In this document: piece after piece, positions 25,210-36,900 of the stretch
How positions within the stretch are numbered: the first letter of the stretch is position 1
How the letters are laid out: each line of letters begins with the position of its first letter
Origin: Cyanophora paradoxa CCMP329
Taxonomy: Eukaryota > Plantae > Glaucophyta
Assembly (NCBI GenBank): GCA_004431415.1
Contig: QPMI01000174.1
Location: 1 to 64,000 of the forward strand
DNA length: 64,000 nt
Direction: 5' to 3'
Translations under genes and position numbers: made by a program
The notes under the pieces: generated by a model
What the model was told of the DNA's origin: nothing
The model's input: only the letters and a program-made list of their open reading frames with translations
The model's database searches: none

Positions 25210-28200
25210 ATGGCCGCGCGCCTCGCCCTGGCTGCTGTTGTCCTCATGCTCGCATTCCACGGAGCGTCTGGCGGAGGGGGCCACGGCGGCGGCGCGAAGG
25301 AGATCAAGTTCGTCGCGAAGGAGATCAACCACGCCGCGCTCGACCAGGCCAAGGTGCAGAGGGCCCTTGCGAAGCTCGTCAACGACTGCAGCGTCCAGTG
25401 GATGTCGGCCCTTGGTGAGCCTCCGGAAATCGATCTAGAGTGCCGGCCGCAGTCGATGCCAAAATTGAATTCTCGGCCGCGGGGTCTTTAAGTTTAGATT
25501 CCAACGCGTCGGATCTTAAGTTTAGCTGCAGGTGAAGCGCACGCAGACCACGACGACCACGACGATCACGGGGTCGACTCCAAACTGCCAGCGGGAGGCG
25601 CGCACGACGATCACGATGATCACGGCGCTGCGACAAACGGGAAGAAGGCCGACGATCACGACGATCACGACGAGCACGGGGAGCTCGAGGGAGCGCACGC
25701 TGCACCGGCCAACGGCACCGCATCGCTGGTCTCCTCGGGCGCGGAGGCAAACGGCACGGCGGGCGCCGGCGACCACAAGGAGGAGGGCCACCACGAGGAG
25801 GAGGGGCACGGTCACGAGGAGGAGAGCCCCGGGGGGACGACGCGGCGGCGCTCGCGGCGGCTGCAGCAGGCCCTCGCCTTCACGCCGCCCGTCCGAGAGC
25901 CGCTGCACGAGCTGCTCGTAGGCTGCACCAGCGGTGCGCATGGCCCCTCTAGATCTTGATATATTCGAATTCGAGCGTAACGAGCGAGGTCTGCTTTGAT
26001 TTCGCAGGGCGGCTGATGTGCGACACGGGGCGGGACGCGGCGGGGGACGCCTTCCTGAGCCCTCTGAGCTGTGAGTGCATGGAGGAGGAGGACGTATGCG
26101 CCCCGACCGAGAACGAGGAGCCCTACGACATGGCCATCCACGTCGTGCGCGCCCCGCCCCGCCCCACGTCGATTTCGAGCCTGCGCGCCGCGCGCCACCG
26201 TGCTGACGTGCACGTGATTCGCAATCCGTCCTGCTCGCAAAAACCCGCCAGGCCGCAATCTTCATCCTGGTGCGTGCGCGGTAGTACGCGTTGTTCCCCT
26301 ATACTTGATTAAATTGGCCCGATTATAGCCAAGCTCAAGATTTCGAGTATATTGGCTTCTACATACAACTAAAAATCGCCTGCACCGCTGTTTTGAAATA
26401 ATTATATAAGGCTCAAGCTCTAAACTCATCACGCCCCGCTCGCCATGCAGCTCGCGGTCTCCGTCCTTGGCTCTGGTGCGAGGCCCGCTTTCATCTGCCT
26501 AGGCCTCCGTCCCCACTCCCGCTGGCTCTGATCATGACTGCGCTGCCCCGGCCGCCTTAGGGTACCCCGTGCTGGCATACTACAAGCCGCGGCTCGCCCT
26601 CCCCCCGCTGGCCATGCGTGCCCTGGCCGTGTTCGGCGCAGGCGTCATCCTCGCCACTGGTACGGTGCCGCCCCGCCCGCTTTAAATGGACCTTCTTTTC
26701 ATGCTAGAGGTTCGAAGGAGTGAGCGCTAGCTTCAGAAATCAATATTAATATATATTTCAGTGCAATTGACGGCTATTGCCTCGTGCCGCAGCGCTCATC
26801 CACATGATGGGACCAGGCGAGTCGCTTGCAATTGAGCTTAAATTGATCTCGTTCACGTTCTGATCGGGTGATATCGATGAATTTTGTATTTCAGGGTACG
26901 AGCTCCTCAAGTCGCCGTGCGTCAGTACGATGTGGGACGAGTACGAGTCGTGGGGCGGGCTCTTCACTCTCATCGGCATCCTCCTCATCCTGGTACGACT
27001 CGCTAGATTTAGAACTAATATTAAATCTCTAGGCCCAGATTAGAATTGCACTGAAGCGAGCTCTGCGCAGATCGTGGAGCTCGTCGTGGCGCGCTACATG
27101 CCGCACAGCCACCTCGGCGCCCACGCCCACGGCCACGGCCACGGCCACGGCCACGGCCCGGGGCTCGAGATGGCCAACGGCAACGGCCACACGCACAGCA
27201 TGGTGCACCTCGGCAAGCCGGGCCAGCCCGACGTCGTCGGTGCGTGCCTCCCCCGGCCCCTTTCCTTGCGCCCGCCCGTCGGCGGCGGCGGCGGCGGCTT
27301 ACCGGCAGGCCGCCGGGGCGCGCGCAGTGGCGATGGCGGCGGGGGCGCAGTGGCGCCCGGCGGGGGCCGATCTGGAGCGGCAGCGGCCGCAGCAGGAGCG
27401 GGGGGGCGGGGGGAAGATCCTGGGGCTCATCCCCGCCCCGAAGGGCCCCGCGCTGGTGAGCCTCGCGGTGACGGAGGAGCAGCGGCGGCGGCGCGTCGGC
27501 CTCGTCGGTCTCGAGATCGCCATCGCCGCCCACTCCGTCGTCATCGGCATCCGTGCGCCCGAGCCCGCGCTCCCCACCGCCGCGGAAATTCATTATAAAC
27601 CTTGTCCTATCGATATGTCGCGCAGCACACTTCAAATCTAATTTTATAGATTCTTATCAAACCGCCGTATTCTTGATATCGTAGTCTATATATATGGCTA
27701 GTTTGATGGGCACGGGCGCCCTGGGCCGCGGCCGGCGGCTGACGGGGGCGCTGTGGCGGTGCGGGCGCGCGGGCGCAGTGCTCGGCATCTCGCGGGAGAA
27801 CTTCACCTCCCTCCTCATCGCCATCGCCCTCCACCGTGCGCCCCGCGCTGCCGCTCGCGGTCCCCGCCTCTTGTCGAGATCTAGAGGGTCCCGCCTGCAG
27901 AGTTCTTCGAGGGCATCGCCCTCTCCTCCGCTGTCCTCGGCGCCGGCATCGTGCGCCCCTGCCCCCCGCCCGCCCCCTCGAAGAATTCGCACCGCATGCA
28001 AAATCAAAGCTGATGATGATGGTGGCCCGGGCCAGGTGCGGGGCTGGGCGCTGCCGCTCCTGACCATCGTGCCGTACGGCCTCGCGACGCCGGCCGGCGT
28101 CGCCATCGGCGTCGGCATCCACAGCTCGTACCAGGGCAACTCCACGGCGAGCCGGCGCCTATATATAGCCATGCCTGCTGCGGTGTTTGGAGCGCAGCTG

Positions 28201-28637
28201 ACCCTCTCTTTTCTCCCCGCGGCAGACCCGCGTGCTCGTCGAGGGGATCATCGAGTGCATCGCCGGCGGCATTCTCCTCTACGCCGCCCGTGCGCCACTT
28301 GCAACAGTCCCGGCGCCTGCAGCTGCCCCCTAGGCCCCGCCAATCTAGATCTGCCCTCGGGTGTTATGTTTACAGTGGCCGATCGCGAGCAGTGGTGGAG
28401 CTGATCGTGCCGGCCTTCGAGAACACGGACCGGGAGCCCAAGCGCGTCGGTGCGAGCGCGCGCCCCCGCGATGTATCCATCCCCCCTGCAGCTACAGCTA
28501 GCCCTCCCGCGCATCCCGGCCCGCCCCCCGCGCCACCGCTGACTGCGACGCGCCGCGGCGGCCTCGCAGTGCTGGCGCTGGTCGGCGCGCTGGTGCTGGG
28601 CGCCGCCGTCATGGCAGTCCTCGGCCGCTGGGCGTAG
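25210..28637 (+). CDS. ZIP family (IRT/ZRT-like) Zn/Fe transporter with signal peptide and His/Asp-rich ectodomain (multi-exon)
   Basis: FGAGVILATALIHM, HAHGHGHGHGH loop, LEIAIAAHSVVIG, ALH.FFEGIAL, TPAGVAIG, GGILLY, MAVLGRWA*. N-terminal HDDHDDH repeats. Confidence 0.92.
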
Positions 28638-29879
28638 GTAATTAATATAATCCCGACGTCAGCCATATGCATATGCATGCGCATGCATATGGCATGGCCA
28701 GCTGCAGCGACTTCGAATTTCGAGCTCAGCCGCGTCGACGTCGCGACGGGTCTTCGATATTTCATGACTCTTAGAGCTTCATTATAATAGTAATTACTTC
28801 TCTCTAAATCCGGACACGCGAGACCTCGAGCTCAGTAGATTGTTACATTGTTTGGGCTGCCAGGAGTCGACGTATGCCAGGCTGCACCCGCGCGCGGCTC
28901 GGCGGCCGATATCGATGGATCGGCGTTGAATCAATGTCGCGATCGATTCAGCTATATAGCGTCTTTAGGTATAGCTAGGATATAGTTAACGTTAAACGTT
29001 TATATTCCAGCGGACTATTTACTAAGTTAGGTATAGTACAGCCTGGCAGCTAGAATTGAGTTTAAGCTTCCGCGCGCAGATCGGATCCGTACACGCCCAA
29101 TTGCAAGGAGGGGAGGGAAGGGAAGAGGCGAGCTCGAGGGTGCAAGTGCAAGCGCACGCGCGCTCGCAAGTGCAATTTTGCAAGGTGCAAGTGCGGACCG
29201 GAGGGGGGGGGGGGGGGGGGGACGGCGACTTTGAGGGGGAAAGACTTTTTTTACCGATAGGGGGGAAGACTTGGAGGTTGGGGGAAGACTTGGAGGGGCT
29301 ACCCTTGCGAGTTGGAGGGTTGCAGAGTCGCGGCGCCAACTCGAGTTGTACATGCATGGGTGCGTAGTACACTGCGTACTACCGCAGTCTACCGGTACGT
29401 CGCAGCTGCGCATGCGCATACAGATCCTCAGAGCTTCGAATTCCCGCCGCGGCGCAGCCGCGGCCGCGGCCGCATGCGCATCATCGGCCCGCATGCATAT
29501 CATGCGCAGCCCTATCTCGCGCGAAACGGCACGCCCGCAGCAAGGATCCGGAGATAACGCCTCGATCGAGTTCAGCTCAAGCTTAAGTTTGCGCACGATA
29601 CCGGTACCGCCGTCATGATCAAAACCGGGCGCGCATATCATAGTATGCATATGCACCCATCACCGCATCAGACGTTGCGCATGCAGCCTCGACGCCGGCA
29701 GTTCTAGAGTCTAGGCGCCGGCCCGCGGCCTGCCCGCACATTACGTATACGCTCGCGCTGCCATGCGCGGCCGCGCGCGGCTTTCAACTGCGCTTCGGAG
29801 GCAGCCAGCTGCAGCTAGCTGCAGCCCGGGCGCGGCGTCGTTCACGCTCTCTCACGTTAAGAAGGCGGCCAGACCTAGA

Positions 29880-30504
29880 ATGTCAGCCCTCGCAGCGACC
29901 GCGTCACAGTGCAAGATCGAACCGACGGTCGTCTCTGGCCGGACGACTCTCAACGCCGCCGATGTCTCAACCATCGTCCGTGCGCGACACGCAATTACAG
30001 ATTTGGGCCGCGCGCGCACGCGCGCGCGGAGAATTCGAATTGATGTCCGGATTAATATATTCCGGAGCCTGACGGCGCCGCCCACGCCCACGCGCAGTTT
30101 ACTTCGCGGGCGTCCTTGGCGTCGCCTTCTTCGTCGCGTGGCGGAGCGCACGCGCATGCGCTCGCACCCGCCGGCGCCGCCCGCGCGCGGCGCGTGGCCT
30201 CGAGCTCGCGATCGGATCGAATCCGATCGATATCGCGATCGCAGGCGGCGGCGCACCTCTTCCGTTGACTACTTCCTCGCGGACCGGCACGCCCGCCCGC
30301 CGCGCGGCTCCCGCTCCCGCTCGGCCCTCTCGGATCATGAGCGACCGGCACTCGCAGCAACTCGGTCTGGTGGGCCGTCGGCTTCTCCCTCTTCACCTCC
30401 AACATCGGCACGGAGGTGCGCGTGCCCCCCGCGCGGTCCTCGTACCCCGCGAGCGAGCCCGGGGCAGCACCTGGTGGGCCTCGCCGGCTCCGGAGCCTCC
30501 CGCG
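29880..30504 (+). pseudogene. Sodium:solute symporter (SLC5/SSS, SGLT-like), 5' part, interrupted by element 1
   Basis: Spliced exons: LNAADVSTIVVYFAGVLGVAFFV..., SSVDYFLADR, WWAVGFSLFTSNIGTE, HLVGLAGSGASR| then the insertion. Confidence 0.88.
30499..30504 (+). repeat. 6-bp target-site duplication CCCGCG (second copy 58801-58806)
   Basis: CCCGCG lies immediately before ACACAT and immediately after ATGTGT. Confidence 0.95.
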
Positions 30505-31760
30505 ACACATAGTAAAATGCGGAGTTTTAACCCTCGGCTTAATCTTAATTGATTTTGTTGATATATCTCGTATATTCTATTTCTATCAATCGATAATCTG
30601 TGTATATATTATCGAATATTCATTTATTTCGATTATTTTGTATTCTTTTCGATATTTTATCGTAAATTTCTCTTATTTTCCGATTAGTTTTACTGAGTTA
30701 ATCGATAATCTGTATATATTTCCGAATAATATAACTGAATCTCAATTAGATCTTGCCTCTGGTTAAAACTCCGCATTTTACTATGTGTGATTGGTCTTTT
30801 TGTTAATTGATTTAATCGATATTATATTCATGTACTTTCTCGATTAAATTTAATTAAATTTAATTCATTTAATCGGAAATATATCGCTTAACTCGATTAA
30901 GATCCATAAATGATTCATTTGTTTATATTAACAAATCGATCTCTTATTGAATTCAATCGTAATTATACATGAAACTTATATGATTTTATCATTGTTTTGT
31001 TGAGTCTAAGGGGGGACCCTTAGGATTTTGGGTGTGACAGGTGTGACAGGTGTGACAGGTCAATCCCAAGGAAAGTCCTAGTGAGAAATTGATTTTTAAA
31101 ATCCACGGGATAAACCTGTCACACCTGTCACACAAACCATATTCAGTAAGGACCTCATATATTGTGAAAATCTCAGTGTTAGTTGGTGTAGTTGATTCAA
31201 AAAATGCATTTTATACTCTGATTCATTGTTATTTCCTGTGAAATTTGAGTCAACTCAACCCACTTAGTCAACCCTTGCATTGAATTCGTAACAAAATCCA
31301 TATACTATCGATTAATATGAGTCAACCATGAGTCCACTTAGTATTAAATATTAATCAATGTAAATATAAACAAGGGGATTAAGAGGAATGCTTATTGAAT
31401 ATGGTCAGGGTGGACTCACTTTTTCATACAAATCGAATTCCCAAGTAAATTTGACTCTAAATTGTTAGGTGGATCTTCTAAGTGGACTCAAAATGTTCAC
31501 TTTGTGATACATGTTAGCTCAAATCCTTACTGTTTATGGTCAGGGTTGACTAAGTGGGGGGAGTTGACACATTTTTTGAAATCCTTTTTAGAAAACTTTT
31601 GGTCCCAAATATTTCCTGTGAAATTTGAGTCAACTCAACCCACTTAGTCAACCCTTGCATTGAATTCGTAACAAAATCCATATACTATTACTACTTTTAC
31701 GATTAATATGAGTCAACCTTGAGTCCACTTTAATATAAATATTATATAATAGGGGGAATC
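30505..31760 (+). repeat. Left terminal inverted repeat (1,256 bp)
   Basis: Reverse complement of 57545-58800. Identity ends at ...ATAGGGGGAATC (31760). Confidence 0.95.
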
Positions 31761-32525
31761 AAGGGGAGATGCTTATAAACATATGAATTATTGAGCCTAT
31801 GATACTTACATCGTCAGGCAGGCCTCGTTAAGAGGATTCCGAATCTGTTTTTGGTTTTGTCACATGATGAGTTGGTGAAGAGATACATGCATTTTAGTGT
31901 TTTGTATGTGGTTTAATGATATGATGTCATAATGCATGGGTTTTCGTCAACAGTTAAATGAACAGTTAAGTGGACACCGTTTCACGATAAACGAGTAGAC
32001 ACTGCCTACTCCAACAGGTGTCCACTTAACTGTTCACTTAATTGTTCGCAATTTGCTTCATTGTCTTTCAATAGCTTTCCCGCATATCTTGTTTTCAATT
32101 GTTGTTGCAGTACACTATTACAATAGTTGTCTCGTTAACTGTTCACTTATCTGTTCGCTGCGGAAAAAAGACGATGACGGACGTGTTATGTTACGAAATG
32201 ATGTCATAATGACGATGCATATGTATATGATATATATGACACACCATCGAACTCGGGAGATCATGACGATCACGGCGATATATATATGTTATGTGTTTAT
32301 GATACATCATTATTACATCATTATGATGCATCATTCCGAAATCTCGAAAAATCGATAATCGGCATCTTCAAACGCTTGTATCTCATCACCAGATTATCAA
32401 ATCGCAACGTTCTGCATATCGCTGTGAAGCGCTTGAAAAGATCTACAAGACAATGTGTATATCATATGCATATATGTATATCAGTCATACATATATTTGG
32501 AAAAAACGAGTTTTCGGCTAGCAAA

Positions 32526-33910
32526 CTAGCTAGTTTTGGTCCTCTCTCTTAGTGTTCTTTGAGGTTTAGGGGCTGTATATGACTCCTTAGTAGTCTGAAA
32601 GTCACTATACCATCTCTGGCTATTCACTTCTGAAAGTTTCTGTGTGCCTGCTATGGTGAGCTTTTTGAGTTCCCTATTAACTTTCCCAGCCTTCTCCTTC
32701 CTAGCCTCTATCAAAGGCTTATCTGGGACTTCATTAGCAGCTTCTATGCCTTCTCTCCTTATAGCAGCATCAACCCTAGCTTCCTCTTTAGCTTGCTCTA
32801 AGGCATCTACTGTAGGGGTTTCCAGATACTCAACTGCATTCACAGGCAACAGCTCATGGAAAGCAAACCTGTTATCTATGATCTCTCCAGTGGGACTCTT
32901 TAGCTTAAACTTAAAGCCTTCCCTACTATCAACAGTGTAAACCATCCTAGACCAATTGTTACCCTGTTTAGCAAAGGGGTTCTTCTCTACTTTCACTCTA
33001 ACAAACATGCCAGGCTGCATGGTATCAAGATAAGCTATTGATTTCTTGAATCTTTCATCTTCTAATCCTACTATATACCTATAATGCTCCTCTGTAGTTT
33101 CACCTGGCTTCATCTTAGTAGCTGAGTGAACTGTATTATTGTAATTATACTCAATATCACCTAACACATCAAAGAATCTAGCTGTATTATTGGCTATGCA
33201 GTAGTTTGTGATCAGTCTCTTAATCTGCTTGTTAAAGGCTTCAATTCGACCTTGGCTCCTATGGTCTGCAGTTCCACTCACTTGGTGTTCTATGTATTTA
33301 CTAGATAAATACTCCTGGAATATTCGATTTTGGAATTCACTCCCAGCATCTGATTGAACTTTTATTATGGGTCTTGCTACTCTCATCTCAAGCTGTTTAA
33401 ATGCAGCTAATGTAGTGAGAGCTGATTTATCCCTTATAGGTATGATATACCCAGTTCTCAGTGTGGATTCCATTGCAGTCATAAAAGTATCATAGCCATT
33501 GTTTTGTTTCTTATAAGCTGGGAAAAGAGCAAATCAATCACATAGGTATCAAGGGGTTGCCTTATTGGAACCATGGGATCTCTCTTCCTAGATATAGCAG
33601 GTGCATTGATCTGAACTACCTCTTGCTTTTTATAGAACTCTTGCAACTGCTTGTAGGATTCATCTGGTAACTCAGCCCTCATAGCTTGAAGCCCTTTGTA
33701 ACCAGTTCTCACATCATAGAATCTCTTGGCAATCTTGCTAGTTTCTTTCACTGCAATAGCAACTGGGATCTCTACTGGGACAAGCTCTTTCATTTCAGAC
33801 TTTTTAACAATTCGAGATTCCCCTTTTTCCTCCTTTGGAACTGTGATAGGCAGTAGGTTACCTTGCAGTTGCTCAGTGGTTCTCCTAACTATTCTTCCAG
33901 TTGCTGGCAT
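32526..33910 (-). CDS. Retroviral-like (rve, DDE) integrase; one apparent frameshift near 33523
   Basis: Joined ORFs 33479-33910 and 32526-33482 give YVIDLLF[F]PAYKKQNNGYDTFMTAM...QSDAGSEF...QGRIEAFN...YNNTVHSATKMKP, the Polinton integrase pattern. Confidence 0.9.
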
Positions 33911-33913
33911 CTC

Positions 33914-36900
33914 TTAATTAAAAGGAACAGAATTAATACCATCTGGTAAGATGTATCTCTTTGCATCAAAGCAGTTTAGGGCAACCCTTCTACTCACAGT
34001 ATCTATTATTGTGTGATCTGCCCTTCTTTTCTGCTTTGCAGTCACAGTCTTGCTGATACCTGCAAATAAACACTGCTTAAAATCATTGAATTGCAGTTCC
34101 TCAGTGGAAGTCCCAGAAAGCTTACTTCTCTCTATCTCAGCTGCTCTGAAACTGTAAACTTTGGCTCTCAGACCCACATACTCCAATATAGCAGAACCTG
34201 GCATCTCATTTTTGTATTTACCTGGGGTCATTCTGTTAGATCCCCCTAAGTCCAGATTAAAGGATATATTCTCTAGGTCTTTTTGGAGGGTCTGAGATTC
34301 GATATATAGACAAAAGGAATCAGTATCATGGAATAGTAACTTTGCTTTTGCCCACTGGGACCTTACAGTATCATAGAAGAACTTGTAGTTATGCAGTTTG
34401 GCAGTATCCAAAACATAAGCCCCAATAGCAACAGGCTTATCTAGCTTCACATGTTTTGTGTAAAACTCAAAGGCAACTGCCCTTTCACTTATGGGACTTG
34501 TTGATTTCACCAATGGGGAAGCTGCATATTTCATAAATAGCTTCTCAGTGTTGGCAATCTTAACCACAGATCGACCTCTACATGATTCAATGCATTTCCC
34601 ATAGATTGAATTATTCATGAGCTTATAGAAATCAGCCTCGAATTTATTCACTGCTTTCCTTCTCATATCAGTATTCAGCTCAATGTAGGGTTTCATTACA
34701 GGAGCCACAGTAAATGATAGGACCCTGTGAACCTTCTTTAGTTTCACACCTTTAGCTAACATGTATTGTAGAAGAGGCTCAGAAACTACATAGTTGGTCA
34801 CAGAACCAAAGGTTGCAGTTAGCTTAGGGGTTTTATCAAGCTCTTCTCCTGAGAGATCCAATAGGCTTTTTTGATATTGTGATAATTCGGCATATTCTAC
34901 TATTTTCTTGTTAATAATTAGAGGGAAATCACTGTGATCTAGAAACAGCCTAATTGGGTAATCCAGATCAACTTCTAGGAAACTGGATCTGTTATCTTGT
35001 GGGTTGAATTCGGTCTCCCATCTAAAATCACCAACTGGGATTGGCTGACTCAAACAGTAGCCATACAAGTTGTTAGCATCAAACAGCATAATATGGGAGT
35101 TCTCACCATCAGCCTCAGCATACCTACAAGGCATTGTTGCAAAGCCACCCCTGATTCCCCTCTCAACAAATTCGTATTGCTCTACATCACTTATAAGCTC
35201 TATTTTTGCCTTGGTGGTCCTTAACATAGCATCCCAAGATAGCCCAGGTGCAGATACATAATGAACTGGGTCAAGTCCATATACTGAGTGTGAAAGCCTT
35301 CTAAAAGCCTGGAATTTGTTCATTAACTCAGTCACATCAGCAGCTCCGAAATCCATGAAATTGCTTGCATCAATGAACTTGTAAAGACCCCATTGCAATG
35401 AAAGGTATTGATCAAAGTTTTTCGAAAGGATTTCGATTCGCTTTTTATCACCCATGCCTGCTATTTTTCTGAAAATGAATGTCCCACAGTCATCCATTTG
35501 ATCAACAACAACTGCAACTTTGGTTTGCTTTGAGATTCTCCTATGGAGATTGCAGTTTCTGCATGCAGGAGCAATGTAATGACCTGTGTGGTGATCATGA
35601 TCCCTGCATTTGAAGTTCTCCTTGGTGAACCTCTCACTGCAAAGGTAACAGTGTTTGGTAGCTCTGTAAATAGCCTTTTGCTCATCTGTGAGTTCATTCA
35701 TGGGAATATTGGTAAACAGAAAATCGATTAGTTCTCTTGCTTTGGATTCCAAGCATTCAAACAGACCTCCCATTGGATCCTGCCCCTCAAATCGAAAATC
35801 TTGAACATCTGCCCCAGTGACTATTCTAATGTTGACTGCTGAGACTTCCCTCTTGGATTTCGATGCATCAATAAAAATACTTCTATGTTCAATCTTGCAG
35901 TAAACCACAACAGGAAGCCAGACAGTTTTCCTGAGGTTTTTCAGTCCAAACTCTATTGTGGTGTCAGGCTTAGGGGTGATTCCCTTTGAGAGTCTCCAAT
36001 CAATGCATCTGTTTGAGTCCACATGAGCAGTGAGTTTAGCCTCAGACCTGAATCGAGATAAGCATGTATCACAGTAGTGTAACTTTTGATCCTTGGTTTT
36101 ATCAAGGGCAACTCTGAGAAGTCTTGAAAGGGACATGATAGTAATATAGTGACCATTCCCTTCATCATCATGAATGAGCATTAGATTAATCTTTTGCTTT
36201 CTGCCTGGGTTGCTGGATTGATGTAGGGGATATATAACATCTCCATCCATTCCAAATATGTTTATGCTGATGCCTGCATTTTGAGATTCGAATTTATCAA
36301 TGATTTCAGCATCACAAGGAACAGGGAATGGGATATTGTCGAAATTGAGAGCCAAAGGATTGTATGTGGTTGGTGAGTATTTCCATTTGCGATATTGTGT
36401 AAGCTCACTTCTCTTGTGGGAATTTACATCTTTCCTATGGATCCATGCCAAAATGGCATTTTCAAAGCAAGAATCATCAATATTTCGAATATTCACTGTG
36501 GCTCTCTTGGCTGCAATTGATTCTGGTGTTTTAACATAGCAGCCACCAGTTGGGGCATAACTCATAATAGCAACTCTTAGCATTTCGATTCTCTCCAATC
36601 GATAGCTATCAACAACATTCATCTGTTCCTGACACATTTGGGCTGCTTTATTCAGCTCAGTTCGAATATTTCTCGATTTGGTTAATACAAAATAATCGCT
36701 GTAAATGTATTTCGATATCCAAACCTGTGGATTGCTGACTTTTACGAACTTGCAGATAAACGACAAGCGAACTTTGATTGCCCTGAATTGATCCAGACTA
36801 TCTCTTAAACGTTTTGGTAGAGAGGTTGCAATTCTATCTAAATATTCAATCACATCTACCACAACTTCCCTTCTGGCTCTGTATGTGAGCCAGCGATATA

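Noticed and set aside
90-30500. Hundreds of long Pro/Arg/Gly/Ala-rich ORFs in the six-frame track
   Set aside because: Artefacts of extreme GC content. The real genes are multi-exon and only fragments appear in these ORFs.
30416-32552. ORFs in the TIR and adjacent region (30416-30766, 31462-31647, 32053-32358 and mirrored 57658-57843, 58539-58859)
   Set aside because: Non-ATG starts, low-complexity composition, overlap with repeats and palindromes; duplicated only because of the TIR.
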